Assembly: GCF_036365525.1 (NCBI RefSeq)
Contig: NC_090388.1
Span: 68,256,258 to 68,320,257, forward strand
Direction: 5' to 3'
From: Heterodontus francisci
Taxonomy: Eukaryota
DNA: 64,000 nucleotides
A program made the translations under genes and the position numbers. Shown here in pieces: positions 9,920-21,619 of this stretch. Within the stretch, counting starts at the first letter, position 1, and each line of letters starts with the position of its first letter. A model generated the notes under the pieces. The model was not told the origin of the DNA, did no database searches, and saw only the letters and a program-made list of their open reading frames with translations.

Positions 9920-12785
9920 TTTGAATTCAATTAATAAATCTGGTATTAAAAGCTAGTCTAATGATGGCCATGAAACAATTGTCGATTGTTGTAAAAACCC
10001 ATCTGGTTCACTAATGTCCTTTAGGGAAGGAAATCTGCTGTCCTTACCTGGTTTGGCCGACATGTGACTCCAGACCCACAGCAATGTGGTTGACTCTTAC
10101 ATGCCCTCTGAAATGGCCTAGCAAGCCATTCAGTTGTAGCTAACCGCTACGAAGTCAATAAAAAGGAATGAAACTGGACGGACCACCCGACATTGACCTA
10201 GTCACCGGAAACAACAATGGCAAACCCAGCCCTGTCAACCTTGCAAAGTCGTCCCTACTAACATCTGGGGGCTTGTGCCAAAGTTGGGAGAGCTGTCCCA
10301 CAAATTAGTCAAGGAACAGTCTGACATGGTCATATTCACGGAATCATACCTTACAGACAATGTCCCAGACACTGCCATCACCATCCCCGATATGTCCTGT
10401 CCCACCGGCAGGACAGACCCAGCAGAGGTGGTGGCACAGTGGTATACAGTCGGAAGGGAATTGCCCTGAGAGGCCTCAGCATCGACTCCAGACCCCATGA
10501 AGTCTCATGGCATCAGGTCAAACATGGACAAGGAAACATCCTGCTGATTACCACCTACTGCCCTCCCTCAGCTGATGAGTCAGTACTCCTCCATGTTGAA
10601 CACCACTTGGAGGAAGCACTGAGGGTGGCAAGGGCGCAGAATGTACTCTGGGTGGGGGACTTCAAAGTCCATCACCAAGAGTGGCTCGGTCGCACCACTA
10701 CTGACCGAGCTGGCCGAGTCCTATATGACATAGCTGCTAGGCTGGGTCTGCAGCAGGTGGTGAGGGAACCAACAAGAGAGAAAAACATACTCGACCTTGT
10801 CCTCACCAATCTGCCTGCCACAGATGCATCTGTCCATGACTGTATTGGTAGGAGTGACCACCGCACAGTCCTTGTGAAGATGAAGTCCCGCCTTCATATT
10901 GAGGATACCGTCCATCGTGTTGTGTGGCACTATCACCGTGCTAAATGGGATAGATTTCGAACAGATCTAGCAATGCAAAACTGGGCATCCATGAGGCGCT
11001 GTGGGCCATCAGCAGCAGAAGAATTGTACTCAACCACAATCTATAACCACATGGACCAGTATATCCCCCACTCCACCATTACCATCAAGCCAGGAGACCA
11101 AGCCTGGTTCAATGAAGAGTGCAGGAGGGCATGCCAGGAGCAGCACCAGGCATACCTCAAAATGCGTGTCAACCTGAAGCTACAACACAGGACTACTTGT
11201 GTGCTAAACTGCGTAAGCAGCATGCGATAGACAGAGCTAAGCAATCCCATAACCAACGGATCACATCTAAGCTCTGCAGTACTCCCACATCCAGCTGTGA
11301 ATGGTGGTGGACAATTAAACAACTAACTGGAGGAGGTGGCTCCACAAATATCCCCATCCTCAATGATGGGGGAGCCTCCTCCTGAAGTCCCCAGTATCAC
11401 AGATGCCACACTTCAGACAATTCGATTCACCCCAAGTGATATCAAGAAACGACTGAAGGCACTGGATACTGCAAAGGCTATGGGCCCTGACAATATTCTG
11501 GCAATAGTACTGAAGACCTGTGCTCCAAAACTTGCCGTGCCCATAGCCAAGCTGTTCCAGTACAGCTACAACACTGGCATCTACCCGGCAATGTGGAAAT
11601 TTGCCCAGGTATGTCCTGTACACAAAAAGCAGGACAAGTCCAAACCGGCCAGTTACCGCCCCATCAGTCTACTCTCAATCATCAGCAAAGTGATGGAAGG
11701 TGTCATCAACAGTGCCATCAAGCGGCACTTGCTCAGCAATAACCTGCTCAGGGATGCTCAGTTTGGGTTCCGCCAGGGTCACTCAGCTCCTGACCTCATC
11801 ACAGCCTTGGTTCAAACATGGACAAAAGAGCTGAACTCAAGAGATGAGGTGAGAGTGACTGCCCTTGACATCAAGGCAGCATTTGACCGAGTATGATGAT
11901 TGCACAATGTTCAGCACCATTCGTGACTCCTCAGATACTGAAGCAGTCCGTGTAGAAATGCAGCAAGACCTGGACAATATCAGCTTAGGCTGATAAGTGG
12001 CAACTAACATTCGCGCCACACAAGTGCCAGGCAATGACCATCTCCAACAAGAGAGAATCTAACCATCTCCCCTTGACATTCAATGGCATTACCATAGCTG
12101 AATCCCCCACTATCAACAACCTAGGGGCTACCATTGACCAGAAACTGAACTGGAGTAGCCATATAAATACCATGGCTACAAGAGCAAGTCAGAGGCTAGG
12201 AATCCTGCGGCAAGTAACTCATCTCCTGACTCCCCAAAGCCTGTCCACCATCTACAAGGCACAAGTCAGGAGTGTGATGGAATACTCTCCACTTGCCTGG
12301 ATGGGTGCAGTTCCAACAACAAAGAAACTCGACACCATCCAGGATAAAGCAGTTTGCTTGATGGGCACCCCATCCATAAACATTCGCTAACTCCACCACC
12401 GACGCACAGTGACAGCAGTGTGTACCATCTACAAGACGCACTGCAGCAATGCACCAAGGCTCCCTAGATAGCACCTTCCAAACCCATGACCTTAACAACT
12501 AGAAGGACAAGGGCAGCAAATGCATGGGAACACCACCACCTGCAAGTTCCCCTCCAAGTCACACACCATCCTGACTTGGAACTATATCGCCGTTTCTTCA
12601 CTGCTGCTGGGTCAAAATCCTGGAACTCCCTTCCTAACAGCACTGTGGGTGTACCTACGCCACATGGACTGCAGCCGTTCAAGAACGCAGCTCACCACCA
12701 CCTTCTCAAGGGCAATTAGGGATAGGTAATAAATGCTGGCCTAGCCAAAGACACCCACATCCCATGAAAGAATTAAAAAAAAAAT
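9920..12785 (+). mobile_element. CR1-superfamily LINE (second family), APE endonuclease plus RT, with internal deletions
   Basis: EN motifs (NIWGL..., IFTESYL, VGDF..HH, LDLVLTN, SDH) and RT motifs (KAMGPDNI, YRPISLLS, QFGFR, ALDIKAAFDRV). The YADD-proximal segment is deleted at ~11895. AATAAA and an A-rich tail lie at 12728-12785. Confidence 0.9.
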
Positions 12786-12789
12786 TCAC

Positions 12790-13045
12790 TGACTTTGACC
12801 ACTGCATGAGGTCATTACACTTCTTGTGGCACGACTACCAATTCCTTGGGTTCGAACTCCAGCTCCGGGCAATGACCTTCCTGGCCTCTTGCTTCCATTC
12901 CCTTCGAAGGGTGATGCTTGAGGACCTTCTGGCCTCCCCGTGGAAGCATGGCCTCTCTCCTCCTGTTGACTGTCACCACTAAGGCCTCCAGTGGCGAATC
13001 TGTGAATCAAGGAACATTCCCCCTTCCCTGGTGCTCCATTTGTGC
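12790..13045 (-). pseudogene. Harbinger Myb/SANT-like DNA-binding protein, first exon relic
   Basis: MEHQGRGNVP*FTDSPLEALVVTVNRRRE...REWKQ...C.KK.NDL follows the MSANTD/trihelix pattern (PRFSD..LE.L...W...C.KK.NDL), with stops and frameshifts. Confidence 0.65.
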
Positions 13046-14050
13046 AGCTCCTACTTGCAGCCAGTGTCAGTACAGGCAACCAGCAGCAGCTTCCTTCCAC
13101 TGACTGAAGCTTTCCTTTAAGAGGCGCAGGCAAGCTGCACCATGTGCACACTGCTGGGTCTCCTGCTGAGCTCTCAGTCAGCTAACAACTCAGGCCTTAC
13201 TCAGTCCACTACAACAATCATTAAATGAGGAGGCAGTACGAAGTGAATGGGTGCACGCAGATCACTTATCATGTCCCCTGTGCCCAAAAACGGGCCTAAT
13301 TGAATTTTGAGCCCATTGACTTTAATGGAATGTTGGATACCGCAGAGAACGAGTGGGTAATGTGATAACCCCTACCCGAATGTATTAAGATTGCCAGGGC
13401 CGCACTGGTGTATGGTGACTAATGCACCAAATTTGTTTTTTTATTGGGATTGAATTATATTTCATGATTTTTTTTCCTTTTTCTGTAAAAAAAAGGCAAA
13501 CTAGTTACATCCTTCTCAGTTGTGCCCTTTCCTGCCCTGCAGCTATTAATGTTCCCATATGATAAGAACCATACAGTGATAATATCAGAGGACAATAAAT
13601 TTATTGACAGGTTTCTGCAAGTGGGTCTGAATGACCTTACTGCCCATTGCAGTTACCAGTTAAGCTGCCAGCATACTGCAGTAGGGTTCTGTCATATACA
13701 AGTAGGTTTCAAGATTTTGTTCTGTGGTGGGGGGAATGGGGGTAGGGTGTTTGGATATGAGCTTTACAGACCAAACAAAACTACTACAAATGTCTATTTT
13801 TCAAATAAGAATTTCACAATAAGATTCAAATAGAAATATTATTAGTTCAAACTGATCCAACAATTCAAATAAATTAAAAGAAAAATCTGTCTTGTCACTA
13901 GCCCAAATGCCAGTTATGTGTCACTAGTCATACCAAGAACTTTGCTACTGTTCATTGCAATATCCTGATGAACATTTCGAAGTGCCAATCCAACTGATCA
14001 TTTCTCAATAGTGGAATTGGCCAGCTCTGGACCAACATGCATTGTTTCTG

Positions 14051-14207
14051 AATGAACGTTTCAGGTCTGTGACCTTTCATCAGAACCGAAACGTTAACTC
14101 TGTTTCTCTCTCCACAGATGCTGCCTGACGTGCTGAGTATTTCCAGCACTTTCTGTTTTTATTTCCGATTTCCAGCATCTGCAGTCTTTTGCTTTTATTA
14201 TATTATT
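14051..14207 (+). mobile_element. short Penelope-derived insertion with an inverted hammerhead core
   Basis: 14-bp TSD ATGCATTGTTTCTG (14037-14050 / 14208-14221). Minus-strand CTGATGA-AAGGTC-ACA-GACCT-GAAACGTT at 14055-14083, then a plus-strand pLTR body. Confidence 0.8.
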
Positions 14208-15891
14208 ATGCATTGTTTCTGTGTTCTATTAAGTGATCAAAGGCAAGTTCTGACTCAATTATAATAAAACACGAAACAGTTTGCAGGGTGTTTGAACATT
14301 GAACAGAAGCCCACCTGCCCCCTGTCAAGCCACAGTCATATACATTATTACACTTTACAAGCCTATAGAAAAGGTTCAGTTATCATTAGTAAACTTAGTT
14401 CCAGACCTGGCAAAACCACATGTAAGAAGACTGCCTTTAGCACTGCCATGATGACTAGGTTTGGTTGCTTGCAATTTCCTTGAGCTTGGGTGAGTCTGGT
14501 AGTGCTGTTCAGGCCAGCATCCTTGGCTTTGCTCTGCTGCCTCAGCTCTTCTCTGAACTCTCCCTTTTTCGTCTGCTCTCAGGGTCTCACTTTTTCCAGG
14601 CTGTGGCAGAACTCCCTGCCTCCAAAACTGCTCTCAGACTTCCCTCCCTCCTAGGGCTTTTCTCAAGGCTCTTTTGCTCTGTTGCACTCTGGACCCAAGT
14701 CGACCTCTGACCACCAATCCAGGTTTCACAGTCCCCTCTTTCCTGCTGCCACGTTCCCCTCACAGTGACTCTCATAGGACTGTCGCATCAACATGTCTTG
14801 ATTCCCACACTTAGCTCTGGTGTCTCTCGCTGCTTTGTCTTTCTGCACTCTGCTTTGTTTCCCTGTAGTCTCTCCTGCACATTCTTGACTAAAAATACTT
14901 ATGAATGGCATCCTGCTCTTTTTATTTAGTTCCAGTATCAATTTCCTCTCAGCCTTCCCTCGTGGTTCTTTTATATCTTTTCTCACGTTTACTTTTATCA
15001 TGTTCATTTTTCCACTCTCGGTGCCTTTGCTTGTGTAACTTTTTCTCACATCTTCCTGCATTCTATTCTCCTGTCTTCCTGCACATCTCCTGTTCCCATG
15101 TTCCTTGTTGTGTACAAAGATGTACACCAGCCAGCTCCACCCTCAATTATTTGATTCTTGCGAGTACTTTTCATGCTATGAAATGCATGCTGTCCCCTTT
15201 ACTGCTCAGAATCAGCATTACACAGTGGCCTTGGAGGTGACCTATTCAGCTTTCACATACACTTCTGCTAATATAAAGTAAATGTGATCGATCAAGCTCA
15301 TTTCAAAACCAACAAACATGTGGAATTGTTTTTTTTTGTTTAAAAACAAGTACAAAAAGAGTTCTTTAGATTTCCATTTTTTTTTTAAATTGAGAAGCCA
15401 AGGTAAGTGGCCAAGCATGCAGATAAATCTGAAGCTGCTTCTTTAAAAAGAAATCTCCCCTGTCTTTTCCTATTTCAATTGCTTTGCAGTTCAGTCACTA
15501 TTACCTACTTTTCATCTAGTAACAGAGGATGACGTGAGTTTGCTAAACACTGATTTGACTGTACAATTGTTCAGCAGGAGGCAGCATTCGAGTATTATAC
15601 AGTATCTAAAACCTCGTCATCAGGTTTCATTTATACTACAACTTTAATATCCCTGGAGGTGAGGGCTGATTCACACTATTTGAGTTTGACCTGACATGGA
15701 ACTCACCTGACACTGCATGGAATGTAACTCCATGCATAATCACACCTGGTTTATAAAGTGCTCAGGAGTTCCTTGCAGAGTTAATTTAAATGCACTGCTT
15801 CTGCCTGTGATTGTTACGTTTTAAAGGCTGGGAACGATGACCTGCACAGACATGGATTTGAAAGTCCCAATCACAGCCTGGCAGCACAAAC

Positions 15892-16237
15892 TAAAGCCTG
15901 GCTACCCGACTCGAACCTGACTACGTGCGCGGGTTCGGTTCGGGTCAGGTCTGGTCGGGTCGGGTCGGGTCTATATTCCGAGTCCAGCATTCGGGCTCCG
16001 GTCGGGTCGGGTTGGGCTTGACAATGCTGCCTCCGGGATCTCACGGGATCAGGCTCACCTATGATTCCCCACAACTCCATCTGCAGGAATAGCCTGCTGC
16101 TGGAATGGATGAACGATATTCGTGTCGGGTCGGGTGTGAAAAAAAATGAAAGGACTCGGGCCTGGGTGGGGCTTGGGTTGGCTGTGGTCGGGTCGGGCTC
16201 GGGTCGGGTTTCAATTTTATACCCGAGCAGGCCTTTA
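15892..16237. mobile_element. non-autonomous hAT MITE, copy 2
   Basis: TIRs TAAAGCCTGGCT / AGCAGGCCTTTA, perfect 8-bp TSD GCACAAAC, TCGGGT repeats. Confidence 0.9.
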
Positions 16238-16644
16238 GCACAAACAAGGTACAACCAGTTGCGAATAAATAATGCAGAAGTTGTGAGCAGGATTTACAAG
16301 CTCTCCTGAATTAGTGCAAAAAAACTTTTCTGTAAACACAGAAAAATTTATCTTAATTTTAATTGGGTGTTTATTTTTTTGGGATAGTTCCAGAAAAAAA
16401 ATTCTTATTAGTCTTTTTTGCGAGCCTGTGAGTAAAGTACTCCATCCAGTGGCCTGACTCAGAACTGAAGAAATTTGAGTCATTCATAGGTGAATGATGG
16501 CTGGCTGTAGTATAAACATTAATAGGGAAGGACTTTGGCACTTGATTTAAATAAAATGGAAGGGAATGTGAGGAAACAGAAAGTCTTTAGCAGAAAGCAA
16601 CAATGTCCATGTAATTGAGAAATCAGAACAACAGAAGCTCTTTA

Positions 16645-16739
16645 ATAACTAAAAACAGAAAATACTGGAAATGCTCAGCAGGTCTGGCAGCATCTGTGAG
16701 GAGAGAAACAGTAAATGTTTTAGGTTGATGACATTTCAT
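16645..16739 (-). mobile_element. short Penelope-derived insertion
   Basis: 13-bp direct repeat CAGAAGCTCTTTA on both sides; same pLTR body with a degenerate CTGATGA...AAAAC core. Confidence 0.75.
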
Positions 16740-16849
16740 CAGAAGCTCTTTATCTGCTGTATACTTATCAATTGATACAGGTTATACTGCTTCCTATTAT
16801 TTATGGAAAAACAATTGTATCTCAGGAAGTACTTACAGAATATACATAC

Positions 16850-18255
16850 ATACATAAGCATTAGGAGCAGGAGTAGGCCACTTAGCCCCTAGACCCTGCT
16901 CCGCCATTTAATAAGATCATGGCTGATCTAATTGTAACCGTGACTCCACATTCCCGCCTACCCCCAATAATCTTTCACCCACTTGCTTATCAAGAATCTA
17001 TCTACCTCTACCTTAAAAATATTTCAAGATTCTGCTCCCACTGCCTTTTGAGGAAGAGAGTTCCAAAGTCCTAAGAATATGAACAAAAACATGAAATAAG
17101 AAGCAAACTACATTCAAAACAACATTTCATTTAGTATAATATACATATAGGTCAAAAAGAACATAAATATATAAATTTTATATTGCCACACAATTGGTAA
17201 GATAATTTATGAAAAATATTATAATTTATGTTTTAATTATTGAAATGAGATTGAAGGGCCTGAAGCCTTTTAAAAATGGCGTCTGTGCGGTAGTGCCGGA
17301 CGCCGTTGTCGGGGACAGAGCGGCTGCCCCTTCTGTGTCATGGGGGTGGTTGTTCCGCCCTCTCCATTTAAATGAGCCCCCGCGTGAAATATCGTGGGGA
17401 CTGAGGGATGGTGCATCCACACGGGAAGACTGGTGAGATCGGAGAGCATTGCCACAATTGGCAGCTTGCTCATAATTTCAGCCCTTGGTCAGGAACATTC
17501 AGATCGTTAGCAGCAAAGAGGAAAGACCCTCTGACAGAAAAAAATTCTCATCTCTGCCTGAAATGGGCGACACCTTATTTTTAAATAGTGACCCCTAGTT
17601 CTAGATTCTCCCACAAGAGGAAACATCCTTTCCCCATCCACCATGTCGAGACCCCTCAGGATCTTATATGTTTCAATCAAATCGCCTCTTACTCTTCTAA
17701 ACTCCAACGGACACAAGCCTAGGCTGTCCAACCTTTCCTCATAAGACAACTCGCCCATTCCAGGTATTAGTATAATAAACCTTCTCTGAACTGCTTCCAA
17801 TGCATTTACATCCTTCCTTAAATAAGGAAACCAACACTATACACAGTACTACAGATGTGGTCTCACCAATACCCTGAATAATGGAAGCATAGCTTTTGTA
17901 TTCAATTCCCCTTGCAATAAACAACATTCTATTAGCTTTCCTAGCTCTCTTAGCTGAACCTGCATACAAACCTTTTGCAATTCATGCACTAGGACACCCA
18001 GATCCCTCTGCATCTCAGAGCTCTGCAATCTCTCACCATTTAGATAACATGCTTCATTTTTATTCCTCCTGCCAAAATGGACAATTTCACATTTTCCCAC
18101 ATTATACTCCATTTGCCAGATCTTTGCCGACTCACTTAATCTATCTCCCTTTGTAGCCTTTTTATGTCCTCTTCACAACTTACTTTCCTACCTATCTTTG
18201 TGTCTTCAGCAAATTTAGCAACTGTGCCTTCATCTAAGTCATTTATATAAATTGA
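16850..18255 (-). mobile_element. CR1 LINE 3' portion, interrupted at ~17070-17525
   Basis: MEYNVGKCEIVHFG...QRDLGVLVH and EAVQRRF..LIPG...RGDLIETYKI; CR1 3' tail at 16850-17065. Confidence 0.85.
17265..17484. mobile_element. Harbinger-type MITE end fragment
   Basis: CpG-rich block ending AATTTCAGCCC, similar to the other Harbinger right termini in the window; no left TIR seen. Confidence 0.4.
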
Positions 18256-18564
18256 TAAACTGTATGTTAAAAAACTTCAAAGTTACAATATTAAAAGTTC
18301 TTATTTGTAAAAACTGGTATTGTCTGGCAAATAATTCCTCATGTCATAATATCAGAAATGACTTTTACACTGAAAGATATCAGAAGCTATGTCAATCTGA
18401 TTTGGTTAATCATCTGTAACAGACCTTTGCTAATTGATAAATGTATCGTATTTCACTGCAGCTTGTACAATTGTACACCTTGCAACAAATCTGCCTAATT
18501 TTCAGGCTGTTTATTGATTCTCAGGCAGTGGTATAGCAACATTAATGAAAATCAGCAATTAGAA

Positions 18565-18950
18565 AAAAACTGTAAATGCTGGAAATCTGAAATAAAAACA
18601 TTTGTGCTGGAAATACACAGGATTGCCACTAATATCTGTGAAGAGACAAGATAGGTTTAATTTTTGGGGTAGGGCTTTCATTAGAAGGTAACTTGAAAGT
18701 AAGCGAGCCCTTTAATAGAATTGAACAAAAGCGTAAGTACGGAAATAGAATGGATTTCAAAAGATACATATACTTAGGCATTCAACCCATAACCTACCTT
18801 TTTCCCTCTCTTTATTTTGTTTAATCCAATTAAAGGGCTCTTTTATCTTTTTCTAATGGTCAATAGTCCCAAATAACCTGCCTTTCCTCTTCATAGATGC
18901 TGATGAACCTGCTCTGTATTTCCAGCATCTTTTTAAATTTTTATTTACAT
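18565..18950. mobile_element. two old Penelope pLTR-like fragments in inverted orientation
   Basis: aaatgctggaaatctgaaataaaaaca... at 18575 and ...gatgctgatgaacctgctctgtatttccagcat at 18895 match the pLTR body on opposite strands. Confidence 0.5.
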
Positions 18951-20814
18951 TGAACAAAGTCAACCTGTGGCATTTGTGTGTCATCCAGTTAGCAAAGAGC
19001 TGTAATTAGGCTGATCAACACAAGACCACTTAAAAATAAAATGTAACGTGTGCACACTGAGAATGATTTCAGTGATCAGCACTGTGGCATATTTTATGGC
19101 AATAATTTAATTGCTAAAGTTTCCATCCCCTCCCGCCAGAAAGGAACAGTTGCCAAGTGGAGTCCCTTTAAGACTTTGCTGCTGTCTCAGGAACTGTCTC
19201 CAGCGGTATGTCAATCTCGAGTTCCATGACAGTTTTATTGCTCTCGTTCTCTTCATTCTCTGGCTTTTGTTAAAAATTTCTATAGTCCTTTCTGAGACTT
19301 TCATTAATATTCATTAAACACGCTGTAGGTTGAAAGGTGTTTCTAATTAAATACTGTACTAGAATTCTGAGTTCATACCTAAACATTCCCAACCCCACAC
19401 TTGGTGGTGAGAACCAGGGTGTTCTGGTAATTTATAACTATCATTAATTGAGCCTGTTCTTTATAAATTCCTTCATATTTTAGTGGCAAAAAGCAACTTT
19501 CACTCCTGCCCACTATCCTTTTGTCTCCAGACCACTTGTTGACAACTTTTCTTCTGTGGCCTTAACCCTTATGACTATGTACAGCATTTTTCAACTGCAC
19601 AGAAAACTTTTATAATCAGTTTTGTAAAATGTTATTTCTAATTAAACATTTCATTAATATATTACTCGTACCACTGCCAGTACTCATTCTGAGAAAATCT
19701 CAAGACAACATGAAGGAAACTGACAGGATCACTACAATTTGCAAGGTCGTTTTGGCCAGGATTAGGTTTCAAGTGTTGATTTAGTGCCTTTGCTATATTG
19801 CAGAGCAGTTTATGCTTGGAGTAGTTCTGCAACAAGCCCAGAGTTGCCTCAGCTGGAATAAATGCTCTACTTTCATGGTCGGTGGATTTCAGAGCTTTCA
19901 CACCAATGATGGCAAAGGCCCATACAGGTCAGCAATGCAAGAAATGTAATTGCCAGAAGTAACGTTACTGTCAGTAGCAGTGTCAATATATAAAACGATT
20001 ATAAAAGGTGCATTGACACTATAATTTCAAATTAGAAGCTGAGTCAGTCATCTAGTCTGATTTGCAGAGCTACTGAAATGAAACACACTACAACAGCAGA
20101 TAGGAACACTGAGGTGGGGGTGTGGGGTGGGGGAGATTGCCTATAAATGGTTTAAGCATTACTAGAATACCGATAAAAATGGGCGGTGGGGGGCAGAAAT
20201 CAGTCATGTTGCCACTCCTGTTCACTAACTCTTGCTGAAGGTGTGCACTGGGTGAATACAAAATTGGGCTCAACTGTGACACCTGACTCCCAAGGTCAAA
20301 CGGACTGATGACACCGTAATGGTTCACTCCTGGATAATGGCTGCATGGGTGAGTTATGGCGGAGGTCATATACTTACAGGTCTCTGCCAACACTATTCTG
20401 AGCCACCCAATCATTATCATTATGCTGAGCTTTCAACCTAGTTAAAATTGGAATTAAATAATAGGAACTATATGTTAACAATACCCACACAACATAGATT
20501 TCTCATTCAGATCTGAACAGGATGCTTTTTTCTTGCTGTACCACTTGAGAAAACAGATATAGGCCACTCTCCAATTATTTTGACAAAACTGCCAATGAAA
20601 ATCAGGGCAACATCCACCATAGTCTCCCAGGATTGTGTTCCATCACATCATGACATTACTAGAGACTAAATATCACTTCCATATTTAGAGCAGTCAAGAC
20701 TCAGATTTGAATTAGTCGGGGTATAAATTCAAATGATATACAAAATCAGGTGAAGTGCAAAAGGTTCTGCTGATTCACTGTTTTTGCTGCCACCCAACTT
20801 GAATTTATAATCTA

Positions 20815-21350
20815 GGAAATGCAACACCTGCCCTTTTACCTCCTTCCTCCCTTCTCACCATCCAAGGCCCCAAACCTTCCTGGTAAAACAGCAATTTACT
20901 TGTACTTCTTTGAATTTAGTATACTGTATTCACTGCTCACAGTGGGAAGACCAAATACAAATTGGGTGAACGCTTTGCGGAACATCTCTTGCAGTTCACA
21001 AGCATGACCCCGAGCTTCCAGTCACCTGCCATTTTAATTCTCCGCCTTGTTCCCACTCTGACCTTTCTGTCCTTGGCCTGCTGCAGTGTTCCAATGAAGC
21101 TCAAGGAACAGCACCTCATCTTTCGACTGGGCATTTTACAGCCTTCTGGACTCAACATTGAGTTCAACAGTTTTAGATTGTAACCGCTGCCCCCATTTTG
21201 TTTTATTTTTCTTTGCTGATTTGTTTTTTTCTTCTTTCCTGTTTCTCCCTTATTTCCTTTGCTTTCTAATGGCAGCTATTCAGGATCCTGCCATTCATAC
21301 GTCCTCTAGACATACCTTTTGTTTCTTTACTTGTCCAATTACCACTCCCT
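20815..21350 (+). mobile_element. Penelope-like element, GIY-YIG endonuclease fragment
   Basis: KQQFTCTS.NLVYCIHCS..GKTK.KLGERFAEHL...CHFN...KLKEQHLIFRLGILQPSGLNIEF, read across frameshifts. Confidence 0.8.
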
Positions 21351-21351
21351 T

Positions 21352-21605
21352 TGTGAGGGTTAAGGAAATAAGGAGTTGTTCATATATATTGACTTATCTT
21401 GTTAAGACTTATTATTTCTTTTCTAATAAATAGTTAATGTTGTTGCTGTTTAAAGAAACCTGGTTTGGTGTGTTTTATTCTGGGAGACAAATAGAGTGAC
21501 TAATTTGGCTATTTTTTGGTAGACGAAAAACGTTCTTGATATGCTAGGACCTGTGGAGTAGTGGGACTGAGTTAACAGTGCATTACTCCTGCTTTGGCCA
21601 TAACA
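21352..21605 (+). mobile_element. probable LTR 3' fragment
   Basis: AATAAA followed by a U5-like segment ending ...GGCCATAACA, similar in layout to the family B LTR end. Confidence 0.35.
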
Positions 21606-21619
21606 ATTTGCTGATTCAC

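Larger units (their letters stand above)
2434..13314. mobile_element. PIF/Harbinger-type DNA transposon relic carrying many nested insertions
   Basis: Termini GGGCTCGAAATT (2434) and AATTTTGAGCCC (13314) are inverted, flanked by AAT/ATT. A Myb/SANT-like gene relic is on minus (starting ~13040) and a HARBI-like N-terminus MGAAVAAPLALQHDRE...RRRRGR is on plus (~6945). Confidence 0.6.

Noticed and set aside
14480-15130. 133-aa minus-strand ORF in a purine-skewed region
   Set aside because: Compositional bias explains the open frame; no recognisable domain or convincing splice sites.
19168-19270. possible exon KPENEENESNKTVMELEIDIPLETVPETAAKS* on minus
   Set aside because: Weak acceptor, no recognised homology, and no gene expected between ATXN7L1 and EFCAB10.
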